Below, in pieces: positions 12,861 to 25,603 of a DNA stretch of 64,000 nucleotides. Position 1 is the first letter of the stretch; each line of letters opens with the position of its first letter. The stretch comes from Lama guanicoe. Taxonomy: Eukaryota. The notes beneath the pieces were generated by a model, which did not search any database, was not told where the DNA came from, and saw only the letters and a list, made by a program, of their open reading frames with translations. Where the stretch lies: contig MU054323.1 of NCBI GenBank assembly GCA_013239625.1, positions 11,181,815-11,245,814 on the forward strand. The letters are read 5' to 3'. Made by a program: the position numbers and the translations under genes.

Positions 12861-13047
12861 CCTGCTCTCCTGTCGATGCCCCTGAGGGGGAGATGTTATC
12901 TTTGCTGTATAGAGAAAGGTATCCTGGGCCTCTCCCGTGGCTTCTCTATCACATAGACAATCATTTCCATTTTAGCTAAGCTAATTTAAATATAGTCTTG
13001 ATCATCTGCAGTGAAAAGAATCCTGACTCTTACTTCCGTCTCTTTAC

Positions 13048-13190
13048 CTGTGGTTGTCAACCAAGGACAGCTTACCCCCTCAGGGGACCTTTAGAAATGT
13101 GTGGTGTTTGTTTGCCATTTAGTGAATGTTGAGTAAGGATGCTGAGCATCCTGAAAGGATGTAAGAATTGTCCTTACCCAAATGCCACAG
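13048..13190. mobile_element. hAT-Charlie fragment (MER20/MER3-like)
   Basis: CTGTGGTTGTCAACC TIR-like start; GGATGCTGAGCATCCTG; AAGAATTGTCC...CCCAAATGCCA. Confidence 0.55.
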
Positions 13191-14694
13191 CCCCTGTACC
13201 AGCCCCTGTACCAGCCATGACTGGTCTACCTCTTCAACTCAGTCTTCCTGTGGAGGCTGGCTGCGGCTCCGTTGTTCTCCATGCAGAGCAGAGCTGTGAG
13301 CATTTGTCACAGATGGCACTGGGGATTTGCCATCCCTGATTGTAGACTCACTCCTTTTTTTTTTTTTAAATATAGCTAAGGAAACTGAGACAAGGAAAGA
13401 AAGGGTCATTTACCCAAGGTCACACAGCTGAGTTGAGAATCAGTTATCTGGCCCCAGGTGAGGGCTCTTTCCACAACACCCTGCCACCCTTTTCATCAAG
13501 GCAGGCTTAGAAAGTCCGGACTTGCTTTGAGTTGTTTCCAGGAACCAACCTGAGAGCTTCCTCATGCTGGCTCACAGGCTCAAAACAAGGCCCTGGGCAT
13601 CAGGGTGCCACCTGCAGACGCTGACAGTGATGGGGGAGGGGAGAGACTGTCTGCGGAAGAGGCTGAGCTTTGTGGGCAGAACTGGCACCCAGCAAAAGGG
13701 ATAAACAGAGAGCTGGCATCTCGCTTAGGGAAGAGCAAGCATCGAGGATGCTCTGCAGAGACTTGAAGCAGTTGCTTCAACCAGATAATCACACAGGAAC
13801 TAATCAGCACCTTCCTTCCAAGCACAGCCCTCTCGGGGCAGAAGGATGCTCAGTGGAGAAGAGAAGCCCATTAATTACTTCATCAGGAAGCACTGATAAG
13901 CACCTGAAAAAGGTATTGCTCTAAGGCTCCCAGCTAATTAAAGAGGTCTGTGGGGTGAAAGGCATTTCTCACCCCAGAGAGCTGAGTGCTGACTTTAATC
14001 CTGAGCCTGTCCCGTGGCCCCAGACTGAGCAACTAGGGGCCTCTGGCCCCCCCGGGAGACTCTGTCCTTGCGGTTCAGCAACCCCCAGCCTGGGTCACTG
14101 GGAGTCAGGGAGCCTGCTGGCTGCGGTGCCCATTTAGCCCCACTGGGGGGTCAGGGGTCCTGAGGGAGGCGGTCTGATCTATTTGCCAAGACTCCATACA
14201 AATAGCACCACTAGGATCTGATGTGGTGTGTGCCTCGGCTCACTGGGATTATCATGCCCATTTTGTGGGAGAGGAAAACGAGACTCAGAAAACATAAAGC
14301 GCCTAGTCAGGGACCTCTCAGGTAGGGATAGCCCACAGCCCAACTTGAACCCAGAGCTCCAGTTCAAAGTCCTGTGTTATTTGCAATGTGCTCTGATATT
14401 ACTCTGCAGGGTCTGAAGGAAATGCTTTCAGCCAGATAGACCTAGGTTCCAGTCCCAGGCTCTTTCCTTATTTAGTGCTCAGGGCCATTTCCTTCATTTC
14501 TTTGAGCCTTGGTTTCCTTGTCAGTGAAATGGGTCCAACAACACCTGCTGAAATAGTTATGAGGAGGAACGTGTGTCACAAGATGACACGTAGATCACCC
14601 AGAATGAAGCCTGGTGGCCGTTATTTTAAGTCTTTAATGCACCAGTTTTCAAACTGGTTTTCAGCTGCAGATATTTCAGTTCCAATGTAATTTT

Positions 14695-14829
14695 TTTAGT
14701 TTTTTAAAATTTTATTTTATTAAAAAAATTTTTTAATTGAAGTATAGTCAGTTCACAATGTTGTGTCAATTTCTGGTGTACAGTATAATGCTTCAGTCAT
14801 ACACGTACATACATATATTTGTTTTCATA
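14695..14829 (-). mobile_element. Short lineage-young L1 3' end with TSD
   Basis: T-rich tail then AATTGAAGTATAGTCAGTTCACAATGTTGTGTCAATTTCTGGTGTACAG. TSD TTCCAATGTAATTTT (14680-14694) versus TTCAAATGTAATCTT (14830-14844), 13/15 identical. Confidence 0.85.
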
Positions 14830-16749
14830 TTCAAATGTAATCTTATAGAGACGCCTGATGTGCAAACAGCTAAAAGTAGAACCTCTCTGGATGGACGTGG
14901 TGGGCGGCTCGGCCCTGCTCCCCCACTGCAGGCTCTGCTAACACCCGGAATTCCTCAGAGAACTGTGGGGCAGCCCAGATCTGAGGAAGCAGGACACCCT
15001 GAGATCTCAAGGGCCTCTGCATAAATGCCCACATTAAAACAAACAGTGTCATTTTATCTCACAGAGGACATTAATAACTGGCTATCAGTGGCCTGTACAT
15101 TGGAGCTTTTCTCCCAGAAAGGGTTAATGGATTTACACAAGCCCCTCTTGTTTTCATCCCAGATGGTTACCTGGCTAGGGAAGAGGCAGGGAATAAAATC
15201 TGCAGAGATGAGACCAAATGCATGATCTTGGCCTCCATCGCTTTACTCTGACCCCCGGACAGGGCAACCGGTCAGCCATTATGGCAATAGTAACATTTTG
15301 TGTACACACATTTCTTTCAGGCCTTCCAGGAAAGTAAAACATCACAATAATAATAGCATGTTCCACTGGGTAGTAATAAAATGGCCTAGAGAGGGTGGAA
15401 TGCCTTCCCTGAGGAACTATCCAGAGACAAGGGCAGGGTTGGGAGATACTGAGGCCTGAATCCCAGAAGGTAAAATGTTAGGAGAACACACCTTGATTAT
15501 TCAGAAGACACGTGGAGGAGAGACTATCATCCTCGCAACACCGGAACACGGAGTTTTGCCTTAGTCAGAGTTAAATGTTTGTTCATTTCTGTTATTTACT
15601 AAAGGTGGCCCAGATCAATGGCTGTATTGGCCTTCCAGGGAGTTGGGATGGAGAGAGTGGGATGGGACAGGGACATTTGTCATGGATTCTTCCTTCTGTG
15701 AATGTACTTGTAGTTATTATAGAGGCTGTTAAAAAGCCATGGGTATTTGAACTCCTGCCTCTGCCCTCTCCTCTGCCAACTGGGTTGCTCAAAATTCAAC
15801 TAGTCTTGATTGAATGCCCACATGACTACTAGGTGTCTGGTACTTGCTGGGCGCACCTTAGGTGTTACTTCATTTTATCCTCAAAACTTCCCAGCAATTC
15901 AGGGACTCGTTTCAATTTATGGATGTGAAACTGAGGCTCAAAGAGGTGTGGGGCTTCACAGCTATTGGGTGCCCAGGATTCAAGCCCAGGTCTGAGGTTA
16001 AGTCCATCTGACATTAAGTTCAGGGCTCTTTCAAGCCTTCTACATGAAAGCATTCCAGAGATATCCTGCGTCCTACCATTCTAGATACTGCCCAGAAAAA
16101 CAGCCTAGAAGATTCAGCCTCGAGGGGCATAACCGGAGAACGGGGAGACTTGCATTCTAGTCGATTCTAATTTTAATCAGCCAGCTCCTTTCTCTCGATC
16201 TCTGTGTTCTCATCTGTGAAGCAGAGGGAGTGGTTCTCTAAGTCACTTCCTGCTCTGCCCCCTCCGCCCCATGACTGCCTGTGCGTATCTGAAGCCAGTG
16301 TGCTTGGTCTGCGTCTCAGCCTGAAGTGCTGATGTGTCCATGGGCTCCTGCTACCTGTGCTCGGGCTGTGCCCCCCGCAGAGACAGGATACCAGGCCTGC
16401 TTCCTCCATCCCCTTGAGCTGTTGCTTTGCGCCTGGACCCCCTGCTCAGCAGACCCCGGTCCTTCGGTACCCCGGGGAAGTTAGGAAGGAGTCAGGCCCT
16501 GGAAGGTGGTGCAGCCCCCTGGTGGCTGTGGAGGGGACAACTGCGGGTGCAGCAGCTGAGGACCTGCTCCCCACTGCCTCGTGGAGTGGGCGCTGCCCAA
16601 CAAGCTGACTCGGACTGTTTCTATGGATAACACTCCCTTATTCCCTGGGAGCGTCATCACCCCCACGCTGTTCTCAGCCATCACAGAACCTTGGGACAGG
16701 TGCACAGGCAACTGTGGTGGTGAGGGGGATGGGAACCATTTTGAAAGGT

Positions 16750-17830
16750 CAAGTCTATGCCAGTAGTTTATCAGTAAAAGAAGGCACCTGGAGGTGCCAG
16801 GGGCACCATACGAACAAAACAGCCTTGGTCCCTGCCCTTGTGGAGCTTCCTGTGATAAGGGGAGGAAACGGACAAAAAATAGGTAAATAAATAGATAAAT
16901 ATGTGATACCAAATTGAGAAGGTGCTAGAAAGGTAGGAAGCAGAGTGGATGGAGAATAAAAGGGTGGGGTGAAGATGAGGATTGAGGAACAAGCTTCTGT
17001 TACAAGATTGTCAAGGAAGCTCAATTTGAGTTCAGTCAAGAAAACAGCTGGGCTAAAAGTTAGGGAAAAGCCTGAGGCAAGGTCAAAGGTCCTATCACAA
17101 GGTCAGCAGACTTTTTCTGTTAAGGATCAGACAGCAAACAGGCGAGGCCTCATAGTCCATAAATGTCTGTATTGCTGATGTTCCAATAAAACTTTATGAC
17201 AAAACAGAAGCAGACAGGATGCCATCAGTTGGTGCCCTAAAACAGGAAAACAGCAGGTGTGTGTCAGGAAAGAATGAGGCTGCCTTACAGGGAACCAGGA
17301 AGGGAGGAGATGAGGTGAGGAGGAGACAGACAAGAGGAAAGTTGGGGAGAACCTGGTCCATCAAGGTAAGGAGTTTGGATTTGCTTCTAAAGGCTGGAAA
17401 GCCACGGTAAGGTTTTAAAGTAGCAAAGAGGCAGGATTTGGTTTTTATACCTTTTAAAGATTACTTGGGCTTCTATGTGGGAAAAGAATGGGAGAGAGGA
17501 AAGAGGAGAAGCAGGGAGACCTTTAAGCTACTGCAGCAGTTGAGAGATAGAGACCGGTGGGCCTGGCCATCAGGTGGAGATGAAGAAATAGGATTTGCAG
17601 GGAGAATCGAGGGGCTTGTGAATGGAGGCCCGTGGGGCTTGGGGTCGGGGGAGTGGGAGGAGCTCAGGTGTGGCGTGCCCAGGTTTCTGGCTGGAGCAAG
17701 TGGGTGAATTTACTGAGCTGTAGAAGACAGGAAATGGAGGGTCTGGGGTTAGGGAGGAGACTTGGAGATGGAAATCAAGATTTTAGTCTCAGACATGGAA
17801 AACTCGAGATGTTTATGAGATGTCCGAGGG
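16750..17830 (-). mobile_element. L2 LINE 3' region, interrupted by a MER58-like element
   Basis: GAACAAAACAGCCTTGGTCCCTGCCCTTGTGGAGCTT; GTAAGGAGTTTGGATTTGCTTCTAAAGGCTGGAAAGCCACGG; TTTTAGTCTCAGACATGG...GAGATGTTTATGAGATGTCC. Confidence 0.75.
17098..17237. mobile_element. MER58-like hAT-Charlie MITE (internally deleted)
   Basis: GGTCAGCAGACTTTTTCTGTTAAGGATCAGACAGCAAA and TGTTCCAATAAAACTTTAT...CAAAAC motifs. Confidence 0.65.
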
Positions 17831-17899
17831 GAGAAGACCAGTAGTAAGAAGGATATCAGAAGAGGGGTGTCCAGGGGCCTCAACAAGACACTACCCTCC

Positions 17900-18541
17900 C
17901 CAGTTCCACTTGGCCCCTCTGCCCCTGGGCTGCTTGCCCTGACTCCTAGCTGGAGCAGCCCCCACCACAGGTGACCTCCCCCCAGTTATAAAGCTTCGCT
18001 GCCACTGCCGTTGCCTCATCTGGGCCGGCTGGCTGATCCTCCAGGGGTAAGGGTCAGGCTTTTTCAAGGCATCCATGACACCTGCCCTGGCAGGCCCTCA
18101 GCGGCTCCAGGGCCCAGGTCCAGCTTTTCTAGATGCCTGGCATCTCTGACTACCCTGCTGCTGCCCAGAGGAGCTCAGAGATGTGACAGAAAGTGCAAAG
18201 AACTTAACACCACAAGTGAAAAACTTTAACCAGCATGAAACAGGAGGTGAGAAGGAACTGGCAGATAAAATGTTCACCTTTCCCCCTCCAACCACTCTTC
18301 TAAGATGCAGTGGTTCTATTCAGCCTTTCTGGATGGCTCACATGATCAAGCAACCAGCTGCACATTTCCTTGTGAAGCTGTGGCAACCTCCACAGTCCAC
18401 CACCCTGTGTTTGCTTCTTCCTCCCCCGCCTCGTTTCCCACCATCCCTCGGTCCTGTTCCCCTGGGAGTATAGCCTTCAATAAAACATAAGCCCCTGAGC
18501 TTTGCCTCAAGTTCTGTTTATAGGGGACCTGGGCTAATGCA
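17900..18541 (+). mobile_element. ERVL LTR (LTR16/LTR33-like solo LTR)
   Basis: AACTTTAACCAGC...GGCAGATAAAATG; CCCTGTGTTTGCTTCTTCC; AATAAA at 18479-18484; terminal TTCTGTTTATAGGGGACCTGGGCTAATGCA resembles the LTR16 3' end. 5' boundary uncertain. Confidence 0.65.
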
Positions 18542-18742
18542 AGGGGTTTAGATGCCAACTATGGTAAGCATTGTGTGTTTATTTCACAGACATTTAAAAA
18601 GCACTCGTTATATGCCAGGTACTGTCCTAAGTGTCTTACAGATATTAACTCATTTTATCCTCAGAGCAATCCTATGAGGAAGGTATTGTTTCCCCCATTT
18701 AACAGAAGGAAAGTGGCAGAGAGTTTAAATAGCCGTATAGAT

Positions 18743-19048
18743 TAGCGCCGTCCAATAGAAACAATGCAAGTCACATACATCGTTCTAAATTTTCTAATAA
18801 CCACATTTAAAAAGTAAGAAGAAAGAGGTGAAATTCATTTCAATAATGTATTTCATTTAGCCTCACATATCCAAAATACTACCATTTCAACATGTAATCA
18901 ATATTATGTGTTTTAATGGGCTATTTTACATTCTTTCTTGCCATCCAGTCTGTGTTTTAGAACTACAGCACATCTCAGTTTGCACTAGCCACATTTCAAG
19001 TGCTTTATAGGCACTTGTGGCCAGTGGCTAGCCTATTGGATCATGCAG
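18743..19048. mobile_element. MER33 (hAT-Charlie) with 8-bp TSD, next to a MIR
   Basis: TIRs (T)AGCGCCGTCCAATAG / CTATTGGATCATGCAG and internal CTAGCCACATTTCAAGTGCT. TSD GTATAGAT (18735-18742) versus GAATAGAT (19049-19056). Confidence 0.9.
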
Positions 19049-19439
19049 GAATAGATGGTATGTTGTTGTGGGAGCGAATGAAAATGGAGAGACAGCAGAA
19101 GAGCACCCTCAAAACTTGCTGGCGTCCCTCTAGCTTCACTAAAATGTGAATAAAGACCATCTTTTCTCAATAAGGGGCTAGAACTAAGTAAGTGGAGACA
19201 CATTTCTTCATTCTTCTCAATTATTTTATAATGACTGCTACATATCTATCCACAAGTGCTGACCAAAAAATAAGGGAAAAACCAGTGAACACAGAACCAA
19301 TAAATGTTACGGAAAAGAGGTGTTTGTAAGTTTGACTGTATTTGCACATAATATGCTAGTGTTTGAGATTTTTAGACTGCACAGAAATAAAATGTGTGTA
19401 TTTTCTACTATTAAAATTGTCTCTATTTTGTGTGGTTGA

Positions 19440-19960
19440 AATAAACTCAATTGAATTCCGTTTTAGTGATTATTTGCTGAATCCTTGCTTTGTGCCAGGT
19501 AGGTGCCAAGGGCCAGGACTAAAGCAGTTGACAGGGTGGATGCAGTCTCCACTCTCAGGGAGCCTACAGTCTGTTAGGAGAGCAAGGCCAGTAGTTATGA
19601 TGCAACCACAAAGCAGTATAATGGTTGTTATGAAAGGGAAGGAGGGGCACTGGGAGAGCAGGTGGGAGGGACGCCTGACCTGGAATTGAAGGTTAGGGAA
19701 GAAGTGATGCCAAACTTGGACCCCAAGATGAGTAGGAGTTAATTAAGCAAAGAGGGGTGGGGATGTACAGTGGAGCCTGGAAGTGTTGCAGGCAGAAGCA
19801 AAGCCTGTGCAAAGTCTTTGAAGAGAGCAGGGCACATTCAAAGACTCGAAATAAATTCAAGGAAACTGGGGCAGAATACAAGGTGGGGTGCAGCAAGAGG
19901 TGAGGCCAAGGAGTGAAACCAGAGATGGCTGGGGAGGTGGGGGCTTGGAAGCTTTACCTG
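19440..19960 (-). mobile_element. L2 LINE 3' fragment
   Basis: TATTTGCTGAATCCTTGCTTTGTGCCAGG...CTCAGGGAGCCTACAGTCT...CAGGCAGAAGCAAAGCCTGTGCAAAG. Confidence 0.7.
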
Positions 19961-20129
19961 ATATAGATCAGCCTTTCTCAGGGTGTGGGTCCATTGAGTG
20001 CGTCAAATCCACTGGAGGTGCTTCTGCAAAATGGGAACTTCTGGGCTCTTTCTAGGGCTGGGAGAGGTTCAGGAATTACTGTATTATTTATTTCTGTATT
20101 TGTTTGAAATCTTCCATAATAAAATGTTA

Positions 20130-20520
20130 AAAGTGAATTTTCATGGTATTCATTTGGCAACATCTGCTGGAGAAAGTTTCACACTGGATAGAGACCTCCT
20201 TAAGAGAAGAGGAACAAAGCCTTCTCTGGAAGTAACTTCAAGTCATGTCTCACGGGGGTCAATTTTAAGACCTCTCTTTAGTGGACTTTATTTCTTTTAA
20301 ATGATAGGAAGTACACAGTGAAGTCTTCCAAACTGAGGAGGCCAATAGCTCCTCTGGACAATGAACTGTCAAATCGATCAAAGAAAATTGCAGGAAATTT
20401 TCATTTTCAAAGATGTGGAGGGAAAAACAAACATCAGATGAAATTTGGAGGCACTCACAGTTGAGGCTGACGGACCCAGAGGAAAGAGCTCAACAAGATT
20501 TACAGGCTGATGAGCTCTGA
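20130..20520 (+). mobile_element. Ancient CR1-clade LINE (L3-like) reverse-transcriptase remnant
   Basis: Frameshifted translation KVSHWIETSLREEEQ ... LEVTSSHVSRGSILRPLF matches the CR1 RT pattern WIxxWLxxRxQ ... EVTSGVPQGSVLGPLLF. A later CAACAAGATTTA resembles the QxDL motif. Confidence 0.6.
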
Positions 20521-21274
20521 GCCACAGCCACAACCCAGGAAAAGGATCCAGGAGGCATCACATGCTCTTGCTGTAGAATTGGCCCCTGAAGCCACCGAGG
20601 CCAGTTCAGAATGTTATTAGGTAAAGCCCTGGCAACCCCAAAAAGCCAGGCTGAGAATAAGCCAGAAGGATGAAGCCTGCCCCATATCTCTAATTCCAAG
20701 TGGTCATCAACTGCAAGGCATACCATTTATTTAATAACAGATTTTGGGGGAAACCCTACCCCATCAAACATACACCCTGATAATAATAACACACATCCTA
20801 ATTTCATCTACACTAAATAGTGAAAACTGTGTCCCCTAAGAATCCATGTTATTTATTGAGAGCCTACTTTGTAGCATAATATCTTCTAGCCTCATTTTAT
20901 TCCAATCACAATCCTCTGTGGAAAGCCACAGGTCTGATAACTTGCCTGGGGTTACCTAACGCCCTAGTAAGTAGTGAGGCTGGAGTTCAAATTCGGAATC
21001 AGCTGTCTTCCAACTGGGATACACAGGACGTTCCAGAGAGTAATCAGGCCAAAATAGTAATCAGGAAACCACTTTCCCGATCTCCAACTTCCATGGGCCG
21101 TCTTTCCTAAAATGGAATTACATGAAAACAAGACTAAATTTGCACACTCAGGCTCTCCCCGTTTTGCAAAAGAAGGGGCACCCAACCTAAGGAACAATTC
21201 CCTGGAAGGTTCCATACCCGCAGAGCCTGCGGGGTCCTGCACTGGTGATGAGGAGCAATAACAATTTTCATTTA

Positions 21275-21471
21275 CTTTTCTTTGCTGAAGGATAGTTGGT
21301 TTACAGTGTGGTGTCGGTTTCCGGTGTACAGCATAGCGATTCAGTTACACATACATAGAAATATTCTTTCTCATTTTCTTTTTCATTATATGTTATTAAA
21401 AGATATTGAATGTATTTCCCTGTGCTATGCAGTAGAAACTTGTTGTTTATCTGTTTTATATATAGTAGTTT
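21275..21471 (-). mobile_element. L1 3' end with 17-bp TSD, inserted into a Charlie element
   Basis: GAAGGATAGTTGGTTTACAGTGTGGTGTCGGTTTCCGGTGTACAGCATAGCGATTCAGTT. TSD ATAACAATTTTCATTTA (21258-21274) versus ATAACAATTATCATTTA (21472-21488), 16/17 identical. Confidence 0.85.
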
Positions 21472-21488
21472 ATAACAATTATCATTTA

Positions 21489-21992
21489 ACAACCTTGTTC
21501 TTTCCTCCTACTTCATCAAAGGATACCTACTCAAGGGAGAATCTTATGAGAGCACAGAGGAAATGGGCTAAATTAAATGCTAAAAATGGCTTTCTCCATT
21601 TATTTAAATGTGATCAATAAAGTACTTTGATTCATCAAAAATAGTACAATGAGACAGAAATCTGTGGAGGAAGTAGGAATAGTAATGTATGGAGAGAAAA
21701 GGATTAAAGTTTCTGAACGCTAAATGAGCTTTTTTCATATATTTTTAGGTGGATCACAGTGGGTATCAAATCATAGACGGTATATTTCATGGTATAAGTT
21801 TTAAAGTGTGATGTAACCACTAGTTTTAAATGTCAATATTTACAATATGCCAGAAAACACACTCTTTATAGCTGTTTAAGCTTAGATAAACAATTTCTAG
21901 ACTTCATTTTTAAAACGTGCTGGAGGTAGGAGTGGATAGTGTAAGAAATTTATGTTCGGGGTATGTACATAAGCAGACAAAGTTAGAGACTG
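21489..21992. mobile_element. hAT-Charlie DNA transposon remnant (Charlie4a-like)
   Basis: AT-rich body ending GGGGTATGTACATAAGCAGACAAAGTTAGAGACTGC, like a Charlie terminal segment. Probably continues left of the L1 at ~21200-21260. Confidence 0.5.
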
Positions 21993-22084
21993 CGGCCCCT
22001 GCCTGTCTGATGAAATTGTGCTTTTATTCACTTTTCTTAATTGTCCCCCAGGACCTTCTCAACACTTGGGTAATAAAGGCAGTG

Positions 22085-22248
22085 AAGCTTGGGGATGGGG
22101 AAATAGGGAGATGTTGGTAAAACTGTTAGTTATGAGTAAGTTCTGGGGATCTAATGAACAGCATGGTGTCTATAATTAATAATACTGTATTAAGTACTTG
22201 GAATTTGCTAAGAGAGTAGATCTTATATGTTCTCACTACAATAAAAAG
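22085..22248 (+). mobile_element. L1MA-like 3'UTR fragment
   Basis: GGGGAAATAGGGAGATGTTGGT...AAGTTCTGGGGATCTAATG...AATAATACTGTATT...TTTGCTAAGAGAGTAGATCTTA. Confidence 0.8.
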
Positions 22249-22309
22249 TGGTTTTAAAATGCCATGAAAAAATAAGCAACTGTTTCTTAACTGCAGGAAG
22301 TAGGTAGGA

Positions 22310-22550
22310 AACTCATGTATATATTTGGGTGCCTACCATGGGCCTGGCCCAGTCAGGGGCTTTGCATCCATCAGTTTTTTGCTCATGGTGGGCACTATTA
22401 TCCCCATTTTACTGATGAGGAAGCAGAGGCTCAGCATGGTAAATGAAGGGCTAGTATGATCAGCTGCCTCATGGCTTATAGCTGGTAAGCACGAGAGCCA
22501 GGTTTCAGCCCAGCTCTGTTTCACTCCAAGGCCAGTGTTCCTCTACTGTA
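22310..22550 (-). mobile_element. MIR SINE
   Basis: CACTATTATCCCCATTTTACTGATGAGGAAGCAGAGGCTCAG core. Confidence 0.8.
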
Positions 22551-23758
22551 CCATGCTGCCTCCAAAAGTCAGAGCAGAATTTGGGTCCACACTGTTTCTT
22601 TGGTTTTTTTTCTTTCTCTCATCAAAACAGCATAGGCCACAGGACCCTGCCCAGTTCTTTCCTCCAGTTTTCATGACACTCCCCAAGACCAGGGGCATGG
22701 CTGCCCTCTAGCCTTGGGGCAGACGGTTGGAGGCCAGTTGGCTGGCTTTCAGGAGAGCCTGACTGAGCGCCTCCTCTCCCCTCCCTCCTCCCACTTCCCT
22801 CTCTGTGCAGGCTCCACAGCCCCGACTCCTACCCCTCCCCAGCCACAGTCATCAAAGGCAGGGAGGAAAACAGTGGCGAGCCGGAACCCCTCTGGCTGAA
22901 TGGGGATTTTGGTCGGATGTTGAGTTTACCTGGAATGCCCCGGTGCTATTTTGGGAAGGCAGACATCCTAGGGAAACAATGAAGTGGAAAAGAAAACAGC
23001 TAAAGCATAATCTAGGGCTCAGTTTTGACCAAACCAGCCCCATGCCACCTGGACAGGCCCTTCGAAGCCCGTCAGGCCTGCGAGGGGCTGAGACTGCAGG
23101 TGTCTGGTTCACCAGCAGGGAATGGGGCATGTAGGGAAAGGGTCCTGCTGAGGCCCCCAAGTCAGTGACAGGATGGAAAGATCTTGGAAACAGCCTGCGG
23201 GTGACAGGGGAGCACAGCCTGGCCTGTGTTGGAGTTCCTGCTCCATCCTCTCTTAGCTGGGTGACATAAGGCAAGTAGCCTCATCCAGAAAATGGAGAGA
23301 TTCCTAGCAGCTGCCCTGGGGTTCCTGGGAGAAGGCAAACGAATTGCCAGAGCCACAGCATGCTTTGTTGCTATCGGATGCTGACAAACACTGGCTATTC
23401 CCGCCGGAGCTCTGAGGGCACGATGTAAACTGTGATTGTCCTCCTTCCATCTCATGTGCCTCCAAGGAACAAGGAACACATACAGACCCACATGTAGCTT
23501 CTCTAGGAACCGAGAGAGGAAGCAGTTTCCATATTATTCTCTCTTCCACCAGGGCTGGAGGAAACTCCTTTCTGAAGTGGGTCTAAATTTATATACTGGA
23601 GCAATAGCTGTAATGTAAACAAAGGATTTAGACATGTTGATATCCGTTCAGGTGAAAAATTTTCAACTCCTGGCTTGTGGGATAATCTTCTCATCAACAG
23701 TCCAGAGAGAAGCAGTAAAAAAAGAAAAATCACCTTTTTAAAAATAAGATTGGCAGAT

Positions 23759-24449
23759 AAAATAGAAAAGGCAGAACAAGTGTCGGTGAGGATGCCGAGA
23801 AATCAAATCTGTCATACATGGCTGGTGGGAAAGTAAAATGCTGCAGCCACTTTGGAAAACAATTTCGCAGTTTCTCAAAATGTTAAACAGAGTTATCATG
23901 TGACCCAGCATGTCCACTCCAAGGCATCTACCCAAAAGAAATAATTATGGGTGATCACGCAGAAACTTTTCCATGAATGTCCATAGCAGCGTGATCCCTA
24001 GTAGTTAAAAAATGAACCAACCCAAATATCTATCCACAAATGAATGAATAAACAAATGTGGTACATCCATGCAACGGAATATTATTCAACCACAACCAAA
24101 GGAATGAAGTACAGATGCATACTAAACCACTGATGAGCTGTGAAAGCATTAGGTGAAGTGGAAAAAAAAAAAAAGCCAGACACAAAGGCCAGCCACGTAT
24201 TGCATAATTCCCTTTATATCAAGAAATCAAATCTATAGAGACAGAAAGTAGATTAGTGGTTTCCAAGGGCTCTTGGGAAGAGGAACTTGGGAGTGACTTC
24301 CTTTTGGGGTGATGACAATGTCTTGGATTTATAAACTGGTGGTGGTTATACAATTCTGAATAGTCTAAAAACCACTGAACTGTACACTTTAAAAGGCTGA
24401 CTATTACAGTAGGTAAAGTATGTCTCAATAAAGCAGAAATGAGAGAGAG
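23759..24449 (+). mobile_element. L1MB-like ORF2 end and 3'UTR
   Basis: GCTGGTGGGAAAGTAAAATGCTGCAGCCACTTTGGAAAAC; ATAAACAAATGTGGTACATCCAT; GAGACAGAAAGTAGATTAGTGGTT; TCTCAATAAAGC. Possible TSD AGATTGGCAGAT (23747) / AGATTGGGAGAT (24450). Confidence 0.85.
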
Positions 24450-25603
24450 AGATTGGGAGATCTCAACTCTAGTATATAAAAAGTAATAAAATTTGATTTA
24501 AAGGAATAGGGGAAATAAAAGATAGCTTGCACTGATGAGAATTCTAGATTACAGGGAACAATTATCTGATTTAAAAAAAAAAAGGTTACAAGTTGGGGTC
24601 AGTCACCAGGGAGAACCTGTTTAGGAGAAAACTTAGGAAAGAGAAAAAGAAAGAAATTCCACAGGGCCAGGAGGGGCTGAAAAGGGAAGACTACACCCTT
24701 TATAAGTTCCCCACGCATAGTTTGATTTTGGTTTGTAGCCTGGGATCTTCCCATGCATATTATATAGTATTTTGGTTCCAAATGGACCCTGCAACGCATA
24801 ATTTATTTACCAGGGATTTATTGGGAATCTGTTGTATGCTACACATTGGGCTAGCACTATGGAGAATGAGGGGCTGAGTCAAACATGAGTCCCCCTAAGA
24901 CTAACTCTCCCCAAGTCCTCCAGCCTTTGAGCTCAACTTTCCCTTCAATGTCCAGGTCACCTGCCTAGCTCTCCCATCTCACAAGCAGGCATCCTTCCTG
25001 CCCAATCCCTGGGACTTCTGCAGTTACATTTCCCTCAATGCAATTTCTTGTTTCCAGTGAACTCTTGATCACCACCCTCACAGGTCCATCCCCTGGAACC
25101 CCCACCTGCTCTCCACGTGGCTTTGCCCCACATGTATCACGTCCCTCTCCCTGCATTCCCCAAAGAAGCACTGACACAAGACTATTGGTATAACCAAGTT
25201 TTACTGTTTGGTAGAAATAGAGGGGATGAGGTAGAGTAGACGAGGAGAAGCCAACAGGGCACTGTTTCCTCTGCCAGTCCTGCTTCTCTAGTCCTCTCCC
25301 ATCCCACCAGGGAACAGTCTGTGCCCTAGTTGAAGGAGTGAGGGAAAGGGGGAGAGACACAGTTGCTTTCCAATGGATCACTGTTTTGCCAAGCATTTCT
25401 GACCATCATCAGCTGTACAAGCACCACTTCCCAGCCATTCCTCACAGCCCCTGTCCTCAGAGGTTCCCAAGCCAGGCACAGAAACACACCCAGGGGCTGA
25501 CTGGGCACCTTGGCCAGCCTCAAATTCCCAGTGGCACAGGAGTGTCATGAGCTCTACAGATCCTTCCCAGGGACCTAGGTGATGAGAATAAGCCTTGCCT
25601 CGG

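Noticed and set aside
13188..13216. 12-bp tandem repeat CAGCCCCTGTAC x2.4
   Set aside because: Ordinary local slippage duplication with no spacers, so not CRISPR-like.
19150..19450. Cluster of AATAAA/ATTAAA suggesting a gene 3' end
   Set aside because: AT-rich sequence between transposons with no upstream terminal exon identified.
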